A stretch of 64,000 bases of DNA. Origin: Acidobacteriota bacterium (GTDB lineage: Bacteria > Acidobacteriota > Blastocatellia > HR10). The notes under the pieces are model-generated. The model did not search any database. It saw nothing but the letters and a program-made list of their open reading frames with translations, and was not told where the DNA came from. A program made the position numbers and the translations under genes. Below are positions 1 through 7,884 of the stretch, one piece after another. Location of the stretch: NCBI GenBank assembly GCA_030550025.1, contig JAUQQC010000005.1, positions 138,857 to 202,856 of the forward strand, given 5' to 3'. Each line of letters starts with the position of its first letter. Positions within the stretch are counted from its first letter, which is position 1.

Positions 1-414
1 GAGCGTGCGAACCGGACGATGCCGGAAATCTTCGGCCCCGACCTCTTGCAGCACGCGAGCGATGCGCTCCTCAGCCTCTCGACCCAAGGCATAGAGGGCG
101 GCGTAGAACCTGAGATTCTCCTCGGCCGAGAGATCCTCGTACAAGAATGACGCATGCGCGAGGAGACCGATGCGCCGCTTCACGTCCGGCGTTGGGCGTA
201 GTTGACCGAAGACAAGGACTCGACCTGAGGTCGGCTTCAGCAAAAAAGCGGCCACGCGAAGAAGCGTAGATTTCCCCGCGCCATTGCCGCCGGTGAGGGC
301 CACGATCTCCCCGGGACCGAGGGCGAAACTCACTTGCCAGAGGGCGACGGTCTCCCCGAACGTCTTGCAGACGCCTTCAAAAACGAGCGCCTTAGAGCCA
401 AGGGTCTCACTCAT
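1..414 (-). CDS. ccmA: ABC transporter ATP-binding protein, CcmA-like heme exporter subunit (3' end outside window)
   Basis: Minus-strand frame from ATG at 412-414 translates MSETLGSKALVFEGVCKTF...LTGGNGAGKSTLLRVAAFLL (Walker A, ABC ATPase N-terminus). Frame stays open to position 1. Lies directly downstream of ccmE. Confidence 0.55.
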   Translation of the reverse strand, partial: MSETLGSKALVFEGVCKTFGETVALWQVSFALGPGEIVALTGGNGAGKSTLLRVAAFLLKPTSGRVLVFGQLRPTPDVKRRIGLLAHASFLYEDLSAEENLRFYAALYALGREAEERIARVLQEVGAEDFRHRPVRTL

Positions 415-462
415 TCGCGAGCACGCGGATCTCAACGATGATTCGTCGCGCGCGCCAGCAGA

Positions 463-885
463 TCACGTCCCCGGCGAAGCCGACGAGCCACCCCCTTCCG
501 CCGGTTCGTACTTGGACGCGCATTTGGCCTGCAGCTTCTGAGCGTGAAAGACGCCGTCCTCGCCCCATCGCCCTTCGACGAGCGCTTCCGCATGATCCAC
601 GAAGGTATCGGGCACAGGGTCTCGCCCCACGTAGATGACGGGCAAGGTCTCCGAGTCCTGCTCGAGCAAGAACTTCACGCGCCGCCCTTCACGCTGAATG
701 CTACCCGGAACGACGCGCCCGCCGACCCGTAGTCGCTTCTCCCGAACGTTCTCGCCCATGCGCTTCAATTCGGCGACCGTGATGTAATAGGTCTTGCTCT
801 CCTGCATGCCGATCACGGCCAACCACGCCAGTGCCCCAAGCAGGATCACAATAGCGACGGCGAATTTCACCTTCGGATTGCTCAT
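463..885 (-). CDS. ccmE: cytochrome c-type biogenesis heme chaperone CcmE (CxxxY variant)
   Basis: ORF track 140 aa. N-terminal membrane anchor KFAVAIVILLGALAWLAV, then RLRVGGRVVPGSIQREG...VKFLL as in CcmE. C-terminal QAKCASKY aligns to the heme-binding LAKHDENY region of E. coli CcmE, with Cys where His is expected. Confidence 0.8.
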   Translation of the reverse strand: MSNPKVKFAVAIVILLGALAWLAVIGMQESKTYYITVAELKRMGENVREKRLRVGGRVVPGSIQREGRRVKFLLEQDSETLPVIYVGRDPVPDTFVDHAEALVEGRWGEDGVFHAQKLQAKCASKYEPAEGGGSSASPGT

Positions 886-997
886 CGCCTTCCTCCTCGA
901 ACGACCCGATCACCGTGGAGCGGTGCGATGCCCCATCGCGCCACAGGAACAAGATACCGCAGAAGTTGTGCCGCGCGCCATGATGCTCGTGCGGCTT

Positions 998-2197
998 TCA
1001 CGCAGACGTCTCGGCATCGGCACGCAACGCGGCTTCAAGGGCGTGCTGAAGCGCGCGACGCTTGGCCTCATAGTCCGCCTCGGAGATCTCCCCGCGCTGC
1101 CGCTGAAGTTCGAGCACAAAGAGTTCCTCCTTCAACGCGTCCATCCGATGGGGAACGCGTGAAGGGGCGCCAGCCGGCTCCTCTTTCGCCCGCATCGCGC
1201 GCCCCTTCTGACGCCGCGCGGCGAGCACGCCGCTTGTGGCGAAGGCCACGGCCAACGCGGCCAGAATGATCCACTGCCACTTGGCGATCGGTCCCGCCAC
1301 GGCGCGGACCGATCCTCTGGTCCCTCCTTCCGACTCCTCTGCCAGAACATTCGGCGCCCGACCGCTCACGCTCACAGCGAGCTCCATCCCGGCGCGCGCA
1401 TCGTCAAGGACGTACACCGAGAGCCCCTGCTCCGATCCAAGCGGGCGAAAGCCCGGAGCCTCGACCTTCATCGGCTCAGGCACAAGCAACCGCACGCGCT
1501 CCACGTTCCAGGGAAGCACTTCGCGAATCTGCGCCCGTTCTTCCTCGTACGGGAGTTGCGTGACGACGAAGAACGGTGTCGTCCCCGGTCGCAGCGGATG
1601 CTCGATCCGCCACGTGCCGTCGCCCGCCGGCCGCGCGGCGATCGCTAGCGGCATCCCACTCTCGCCGATCACCGAGACGCGTTCGGGCCGCGCGTCTCCC
1701 GGCAGAGCGAACGCGAACATGCCTTCTGGACGAAAGAGCGTCACCGGCGGCTTCGTCTGATTCCGAACGAGGTACTCCCGCCCGACCAAGAGACGCCCTT
1801 GCACCGGTTGCACAAGATACGTGAGCCGCTCGACAGCATACGCCCCCCGTTCACGTGCTTCGTAGATGCGCAGCGTGACGGATGCGCTACCAGGGGAGAG
1901 CATCTCATGATAGTTGACGCCCTGATGCGTCACCCGCACCATCGCTGGCTTCGTCACCGCCGTCGAGAACGCGAACCGTCCCTGTGCATCCGTACGCGTC
2001 CTCTCCGCGACTTGCATCCCCTCCTCGAGCACGACCAGATGTACCTCGACGTCGGCGGCTGGCTTCCCCGTCGTACCGTTGATCACCGTGCCGCGCACCT
2101 CAGCCCATACGAGCATCGGCACGCCAAGAAAAATCAGCATCCCACCCCACCGGAGATACGGCCAGAGCGGCCGTTCATAATGATGCCGTCGGTCCAC
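998..2197 (-). CDS. membrane-anchored protein of unknown function: carboxypeptidase-regulatory-like beta region, C-terminal TM and SHOCT-like tail
   Basis: ORF track 399 aa. GTG start at 2195-2197 preceded by GGAGGGAGG. Motif GTVINGTTGKPAADVEVHLV...TDAQGRFAF, C-terminal TM WQWIILAALAVAFATSGVL, tail ELQRQRGEISEADYEAKRRAL. Confidence 0.6.
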   Translation of the reverse strand: MDRRHHYERPLWPYLRWGGMLIFLGVPMLVWAEVRGTVINGTTGKPAADVEVHLVVLEEGMQVAERTRTDAQGRFAFSTAVTKPAMVRVTHQGVNYHEMLSPGSASVTLRIYEARERGAYAVERLTYLVQPVQGRLLVGREYLVRNQTKPPVTLFRPEGMFAFALPGDARPERVSVIGESGMPLAIAARPAGDGTWRIEHPLRPGTTPFFVVTQLPYEEERAQIREVLPWNVERVRLLVPEPMKVEAPGFRPLGSEQGLSVYVLDDARAGMELAVSVSGRAPNVLAEESEGGTRGSVRAVAGPIAKWQWIILAALAVAFATSGVLAARRQKGRAMRAKEEPAGAPSRVPHRMDALKEELFVLELQRQRGEISEADYEAKRRALQHALEAALRADAETSA

Positions 2198-2227
2198 GAT
2201 CCTCCCTCCATGGTGCGCGCTCCCGCC

Positions 2228-2527
2228 TCAGTGCGGAGGCGAAACGCGCGCCGCGTCTTCCGATGAGAGCTTCTCCAATTCCGCGAGCACAGCGGCGATC
2301 TCGGCCTCCAAGGTCGCGCGCGCCTGCTCGTAATCGGCTTCCGAGAGCTTCCCCGCGCGATATTCGAAGCGCAAGTCCCTCAGATTCTCGAGCAGCTGCT
2401 CCTTCTTCTCCATCAGGACGGCCCATCGGTCCCTCATGCGCTCGACCTCCGACCCTTCCTCGAAGAAGACGTACATGAGCGTCACGAGCGTCAGAACGCC
2501 GCACAGGATCACGACGAGAATGGTCAC
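2228..2527 (-). CDS. small single-pass membrane protein with SHOCT-like C-terminal motif, translationally coupled to ccmH-like gene
   Basis: In-frame GTG at 2525-2527 preceded by GGGAGG and overlapping the upstream stop (GTGA). About 99 aa: TM MTILVVILCGVLTLVTLMYVFF, then charged tail with RAGKLSEADYEQARATL. The longer track ORF (to 2638) would overlap ccmH by 114 nt. Confidence 0.5.
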   Translation of the reverse strand: MTILVVILCGVLTLVTLMYVFFEEGSEVERMRDRWAVLMEKKEQLLENLRDLRFEYRAGKLSEADYEQARATLEAEIAAVLAELEKLSSEDAARVSPPH

Positions 2528-3051
2528 GAGGGTCCTCCCAATTCCTTCTCGATCTCCCGACGCACGCGCTCGCGCCACGCGGGATCCTCCAGAATCGGTG
2601 CACCTTCCACCGGCGCCATGGCGTGTCGTCGAGACCACCGCCGGAGCACCAGGGCGATGAGCACGAGTCCTCCAGCCGCCGCCGCAAACGGCGTGAGCCA
2701 GGCTGCCAGATTAAACCCCTGCGCCGGAGGAGCCGCCAGCACGGCCGTCCCATATTGCTGAATCATCGCCTGAATGGCCAGATCATCGCTCTCATAACGT
2801 CGCACGGCCTGTCGCAATGTCTCGATGGCCGGCCCGGAAAACGGACAGTTTCGATGATTGCACTCGACCAAAATCTGATTGCATCCGCAGAGGCAGAGGA
2901 GCTTCTTCCCGATGCGCTTGACCCGCTCCTCGAACATCTGCGCGGATTGTGCCCGCACCAAGTGCGGAGCGATGACGAGCGCTCCGAGAAAGAGGAGCCC
3001 GATCCATCGCCCGCGATGCCCTTCAATCGCCCTTCGCATACGCAACCTCAC
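2524..3051 (-). CDS. ccmH: CcmH/NrfF-like cytochrome c biogenesis protein with atypical Cys-rich motif
   Basis: ORF track 175 aa. N-terminal hydrophobic segment, Cys-rich KKLLCLCGCNQILVECNHRNC where CcmH has LRCxxC, then a TM (AAWLTPFAAAAGGLVLIALVL) as in CcmH. Start may be Met5 (3039). Confidence 0.6.
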   Translation of the reverse strand: MRLRMRRAIEGHRGRWIGLLFLGALVIAPHLVRAQSAQMFEERVKRIGKKLLCLCGCNQILVECNHRNCPFSGPAIETLRQAVRRYESDDLAIQAMIQQYGTAVLAAPPAQGFNLAAWLTPFAAAAGGLVLIALVLRRWSRRHAMAPVEGAPILEDPAWRERVRREIEKELGGPS

Positions 3052-5056
3052 GTTCCCGAGCCCGGGCGCGCTCGGAGACGGCGACCTTCATCGGCCGACG
3101 CCCGGGATATAACGCGACGAGCGTCCCCAAGAGCACGATCCCTCCACCAATCCACAACCACCGCACGAGCGGATTCACATAGGCATGGATGATCGGCATG
3201 CCCGTCTCCGAGTTCACTCCCGCGAAGTAGATATAGAGGTCCTCGCGCCATCCCGAATGGATCGTCACCTTTGTGAGCGGCTGCTCGCTCGCCGTGTAGA
3301 GCCGTCGCTCCGGCTCAAGCGTCGTGAGCCGTTCATCGCCCCGACGCACCTCGAGCGTGAGGCGCTCGTAGATATAATTCGGCGTCTCTCCCCGCGCCCG
3401 ATCCTTCAAGGTCACGGCATAGCGCCCCAGCTCCATCGTCGAGCCCACGGTCATCTCCATCTCGCGCTCTTTCTCGAAGGCCGATCCGGCGATCCCGATG
3501 GCCATCACGACGATGCCGAAATGCACAACGTACCCTCCATATCGTCGCGTGTTCCGCAGCACTAGTTCCAGAAGCGCGTGCGCCCACGTCCGCCCCGTCT
3601 GCGAGCGGATGACGCGCGCCCCCCGATAGAACTCGCTCACAATGGTCACGGTCACAAATGCCGAGAGTCCGAAGGCCAGAAGGGCATAAGGGTCTCGTAC
3701 GCCGAAGACGAAGAGAAGCGCGCCGGTCGCCGCCCCAATGAGCGTCGGATACGTGAAATTCCGCTTCAGGCTCTCCCACGACGTCCGTCGCCAGGCCAAA
3801 AGCGGCCCTACCCCCGTCAGCAACAGCAGAAGCAGAAAGATCGGGATGTTCACCCGATTGAAGAACGGCGGCCCGACGCTCACCTTGCTCCCGGTCACCG
3901 CCTCCGAGATCACCGGAAAGAGCGTCCCCCAGAGCACGGCGAAACAGGCCGCCAGCAACACCAGATTGTTGAAGAGGAAGGAAGACTCGCGCGAGAGCAC
4001 GGCTTCCAGTCGATGTTCGCTCCGCAAGTAGTCCCGACGACGGGAGAAGAAGAACAGGCACACGGCGAAGACCAGCAACAAGAATCCGGAGAACCAGTGC
4101 CCGATCGGCGATTGAGCGAACGCATGCACCGAACTCACCACGCCCGAGCGCGTCAGGAACGTGCCGAAGACGCAAAGTAAGAAGGTGATGAAGACGAGCC
4201 AGACGTTCCACACCTTGAGCATGCCCCGACGCTCCTGCATCATCACCGAATGGAGGAAGGCCGTCCCCGTCAGCCAAGGCATGAACGACGCGTTCTCAAC
4301 AGGATCCCATCCCCAGTACCCCCCCCACCCGAGGACGGCATACGCCCAGTGCGCCCCCATCAAAATGCCCAACGTCAGAAAGCCCCAGGCGATCATCGTC
4401 CACCGGCGCGTGACGTGAATCCATCGTTCTCCCGGCGAACGCATGATCAACGCCGCGAGCGCGAAGGCGAAGGGGACGGAGAAGCCCACATACCCGAGAT
4501 AAAGCGTCGGGGGATGCAAGACCATCTCCGGATATTGCAGCAACGGATTCAATCCGCGCCCGTCCGCCGGTACGAACGGACGCGTCGTCCCGTCGGACGC
4601 GATCTCCGCCAGAACGCGGAACGGACTCACGACGAAAGCATTCAGGATGAGGAAGAAGAGTTGAATCCCGGCCAGGATCACCCCGGCGAGCGGCCGCAAT
4701 TCTCCCTCCTCCCGGTGCTTCAGGAGCACGAAGAAGATATAACCGGAGAGAATCCAACTCCAGAAGAGGAGTGACCCCTCTTGCCCCGACCATAGCGCCG
4801 CGAATTTATACAAGAAGGGGAGATCACGATTGCTGTGATTCGCCACATAGGCGATCGAGAACTCGTCCGTGAGAAAAAGCCCCCACAGGCACGCCATCGC
4901 GACGCTCAACGTGGGGAAGATCACGACGCCCGCTCGCCGCGCCGTCGCCCGAAGGACGGGATGCTTCTTCAGATGGGCGACGATCCCGGCCAGGAACGCA
5001 TACGCACAGGTCGTCAGAGCCAACAAAACGGCGAAGGAGCCCAATGAGTCCATCAT
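3023..5056 (-). CDS. ccmF: cytochrome c-type biogenesis heme lyase CcmF
   Basis: ORF track. Start placed at ATGATG 5051-5056 with GGGGAGAGAGG RBS. About 677 aa polytopic protein with tryptophan-rich WWD motif WGGYWGWDPVENASFMPWL. Confidence 0.85.
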   Translation of the reverse strand: MMDSLGSFAVLLALTTCAYAFLAGIVAHLKKHPVLRATARRAGVVIFPTLSVAMACLWGLFLTDEFSIAYVANHSNRDLPFLYKFAALWSGQEGSLLFWSWILSGYIFFVLLKHREEGELRPLAGVILAGIQLFFLILNAFVVSPFRVLAEIASDGTTRPFVPADGRGLNPLLQYPEMVLHPPTLYLGYVGFSVPFAFALAALIMRSPGERWIHVTRRWTMIAWGFLTLGILMGAHWAYAVLGWGGYWGWDPVENASFMPWLTGTAFLHSVMMQERRGMLKVWNVWLVFITFLLCVFGTFLTRSGVVSSVHAFAQSPIGHWFSGFLLLVFAVCLFFFSRRRDYLRSEHRLEAVLSRESSFLFNNLVLLAACFAVLWGTLFPVISEAVTGSKVSVGPPFFNRVNIPIFLLLLLLTGVGPLLAWRRTSWESLKRNFTYPTLIGAATGALLFVFGVRDPYALLAFGLSAFVTVTIVSEFYRGARVIRSQTGRTWAHALLELVLRNTRRYGGYVVHFGIVVMAIGIAGSAFEKEREMEMTVGSTMELGRYAVTLKDRARGETPNYIYERLTLEVRRGDERLTTLEPERRLYTASEQPLTKVTIHSGWREDLYIYFAGVNSETGMPIIHAYVNPLVRWLWIGGGIVLLGTLVALYPGRRPMKVAVSERARAREREVAYAKGD

Positions 5057-5291
5057 TCGCACCTCTCTCCCCTGGAGAGCTGAAGGTAAATGGTACCCGC
5101 GCCCCTCCGGGAGCGTCAAGCACTGAAGCTCTCCGGGATCGGACCGAGCCCCATGGGATCGAAAAGGAAGCCGCCTCGCATCACCGGGTGAGTCTCACCG
5201 CGCGGCGAAATGGCGCAGGAGCCAGTCCTCCGAACCATGGAGGTCCGGAATGGCCTTCACGATGTCGGCGTCTCGGGCCCAATCCACAGGC

Positions 5292-6611
5292 TCAGTCGTA
5301 GTACTCCAAGCCGAGGTGAGTGATCAACTCCTCACCGCGCAGGTAGCGGAGCGTGTTCTTGAGCTTCATCAGCTGAATGAAGAGATCGTGCTCCGGGTAG
5401 AGGCCGGGCGCCGTCATCGGGCTCTTGAAGTAGAAGCTCAGCCACTCCTGAATCCCCCGCATGCCGCATCGTTGAGCGAGATCGAGAAAGAGCACCAGAT
5501 CCAGCACCAGAGGCGCTGCCAGGATGGAGTCCCGACAGAGGAAATTGATCTTGATCTGCATCGGGTAACCGAGCCAGCCGAAGATGTCGATGTTATCCCA
5601 CCCCTCCTTGTTATCGCCGCGCGGCGGGTAGTAATTGATGCGCACCAGATGAACGAAATCCTTATAGAGATCGGGATACAGCTCCGGTTGCAGGATGTAG
5701 TCCAGAACCGAGCGCTTCGACTCCTCCTTCGTGCGGAAGCTCTCGGGATCGTCGAGCACTTCCCCATCGCGATTGCCGAGGATATTGGTCGAGTACCATC
5801 CGCTCAGCCCGAGCAGGCGCGCTTTGAGCCCCGGCGCGATGATCGTCTTCAGGAGCGTCTGTCCGGTCTTCAGGTCTTTCCCCGCGATGGGGACGTTGTT
5901 CCGCTGGGCCAGCTCGATGAGCGCCGGGATGTCCACGGTGAGATTGGGCGCGCCGTTGGCGAACGGGACGCGGCAGCGCAAGGCGGCGTAGGCATAGATC
6001 ATCGAGGGCGCGATGTGCGGGGAATTCTCCTTGAGCCCGCGCTCGAAAGCTTCGAGCGAACCGTGCACCTCGGGCCTCGGCTCCATGTAGATCTCGGTCG
6101 AACCACACCAGATCATGACCAGGCGCGCACAGCGATGTCGGGCGCGGAACGTCTCAATGTCCTCGATGAGTTGCTCGGCCAGTTCGTGCTTCGTTCGTCC
6201 GGTCTTCACGTTCGGCCCGTTCAAGCGTCGCACGTAGGCTTGATCGAAGACGGCCTTCATCGGTTTGATCTCCCGCAGCTCCGACTCCAGGAGGGCGAGC
6301 AACTCCTTCTCCAGGACACCGGCATGCAGTGCCGCCTCATAGGCGTCGTCTTCGAAGATGTCCCATGCGCCGAAGACGAGGTCCTGCAGTGATGCGAGCG
6401 GCACGAAGTCTTTGATCTTCGGCACGCGCCCCTCGGTGCGTTTCCCGAGTCGAATTGTCCCCATCTGGGTCAAGCTCCCGATGGGTTTGCCGATGCCGCG
6501 GCGAATGGCGTAAACGCCCGCGATGAACGTCGTGCTCACGGCGCCCAAGCCAACGAGCAGCACGCCGAGCGTCCCCGTCGGCTCCGCGATCTTCACGCCC
6601 CTTTCGATCAT
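5292..6611 (-). CDS. myo-inositol-1-phosphate synthase
   Basis: ORF track. Start set to ATG 6609-6611 (MIERGVKIAEP...) preceded by GGGGGAGAGGA. 439 aa with full-length resemblance to inositol-3-phosphate synthase; the 72-aa upstream extension in the track looks non-coding. Confidence 0.8.
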   Translation of the reverse strand: MIERGVKIAEPTGTLGVLLVGLGAVSTTFIAGVYAIRRGIGKPIGSLTQMGTIRLGKRTEGRVPKIKDFVPLASLQDLVFGAWDIFEDDAYEAALHAGVLEKELLALLESELREIKPMKAVFDQAYVRRLNGPNVKTGRTKHELAEQLIEDIETFRARHRCARLVMIWCGSTEIYMEPRPEVHGSLEAFERGLKENSPHIAPSMIYAYAALRCRVPFANGAPNLTVDIPALIELAQRNNVPIAGKDLKTGQTLLKTIIAPGLKARLLGLSGWYSTNILGNRDGEVLDDPESFRTKEESKRSVLDYILQPELYPDLYKDFVHLVRINYYPPRGDNKEGWDNIDIFGWLGYPMQIKINFLCRDSILAAPLVLDLVLFLDLAQRCGMRGIQEWLSFYFKSPMTAPGLYPEHDLFIQLMKLKNTLRYLRGEELITHLGLEYYD

Positions 6612-6878
6612 CGTCCTCTCCCCCCTCGCGAAATACGGTTCACGGAATCCTCTTCTGTGAAGGGCCAGTATATGCCGAGGCGCGGTCGCGCGTCTCGCGC
6701 CGGCTTGCTCAAATTTCGCGCTCGCTTGCGCGTTCACGCGCTTCCGCGGCTCGCCCTTCGGCGAAGTTCCCGCGCACCTGACGCGAGCGCGATCTTGCGT
6801 GGTCTTGTTTTGCCGAAGGCTCTCCACGTATCATGAGAAGGTGATCGTTCAAACCGGAGATCTTCGACGAGGCGGCTG

Positions 6879-7865
6879 ATGAAGCTTCCCGACGGAACGG
6901 AGATTCGCACGCTGACGGTCTCGGCTTCCGAAGCGGGAGCGCGGCTCGATGTGTATCTGACGCGCGCTCTCGCGGAGCTGAGCCGCACGCGCCTTCAGGC
7001 CTTGATCGAAGACCAGGCCGTGCTTGTGAACGATCGTCCGGCCAAGCCGAGCTATCGCGTGCGCGCGGGCGATCGCATCGAGATCGAGCTGCCACCCCCT
7101 CCGACGTTGGAGCTGCGACCGGAGCCGATCCCCCTCACGATCGTGTACGAGGACGAAGACCTGCTAGTCGTGGAGAAACCGGCAGGGATGGTCGTCCATC
7201 CGGGAGCCGGCGTCTCCGGAGGGACGCTCGCCAACGCGCTCTGCTTCTACTTCCAGCAACCCTCCGTCGCCGGCGGAACGCTGCGACCGGGGATCGTACA
7301 CCGACTCGATCGGGAGACGTCGGGCCTCCTGGTCGTCGCCAAGAACGAGCGCGCGCACGAGGCGCTCTCAGAGCAATTCTCCCGACGCGAAGTGCAGAAG
7401 TTCTATCGGGCGCTCGTCATCGGACAGGTGACACCGCGCGAGGGGTGCATCGCCGCGCCCATTGGGCGTCACCCCGTTCACCGCACGATGATGAGCGTTC
7501 GTCCTCCGGGGCAGGGGCGCGATGCCCTCACGCTCTATCGCGTGCTCGAGACGATCGGAGACTTCTCTTTGTTGGACGTGAAGATCAAGACCGGGCGCAC
7601 GCATCAGATTCGCGTGCACCTCCACTCGCTGGGTCATCCCGTCGTCGGCGATGCCGTTTATGGGCGTGCGCTCTGGACGAAGGTCCGAGATCCGGTGCTC
7701 CGCCAGGCGATGGTGCAACTTGGCCGCCACTTCCTGCACGCGTATCGGCTCGGCTTTCGCCACCCGCGATCAGGGCGGAAGATGGAATTCACTTCCCCTT
7801 TGCCCGAAGAGTTGGAGGCGTTCCTCGCGCTCGCCCGCGCGCGAGCGGTGACCTCGGTGGCGTGA
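6879..7865 (+). CDS. rluD: RluA-family 23S rRNA pseudouridine synthase (RluD-type, S4 domain + catalytic domain)
   Basis: ORF track 328 aa. N-terminal S4-like region, catalytic motif HRLDRETSGLLVVAKN, C-terminal KTGRTHQIRVHL. Confidence 0.8.
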   Translation: MKLPDGTEIRTLTVSASEAGARLDVYLTRALAELSRTRLQALIEDQAVLVNDRPAKPSYRVRAGDRIEIELPPPPTLELRPEPIPLTIVYEDEDLLVVEKPAGMVVHPGAGVSGGTLANALCFYFQQPSVAGGTLRPGIVHRLDRETSGLLVVAKNERAHEALSEQFSRREVQKFYRALVIGQVTPREGCIAAPIGRHPVHRTMMSVRPPGQGRDALTLYRVLETIGDFSLLDVKIKTGRTHQIRVHLHSLGHPVVGDAVYGRALWTKVRDPVLRQAMVQLGRHFLHAYRLGFRHPRSGRKMEFTSPLPEELEAFLALARARAVTSVA

Positions 7866-7884
7866 GTGGCTTCCGAACGCCGGA

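Noticed and set aside
5250-6392. 380-aa ORF on the plus strand
   Set aside because: Antisense to the full-length myo-inositol-1-phosphate synthase gene; translation is low-complexity and Arg/Leu/Glu-rich, as expected for open antisense frames in high-GC DNA.
6612-6827. 72-codon upstream extension of the inositol-phosphate synthase ORF
   Set aside because: Translation (MESLRQNKTTQDRARVRCAG...) looks non-coding; the internal ATG at 6611 has a strong RBS and gives the family-typical N-terminus.
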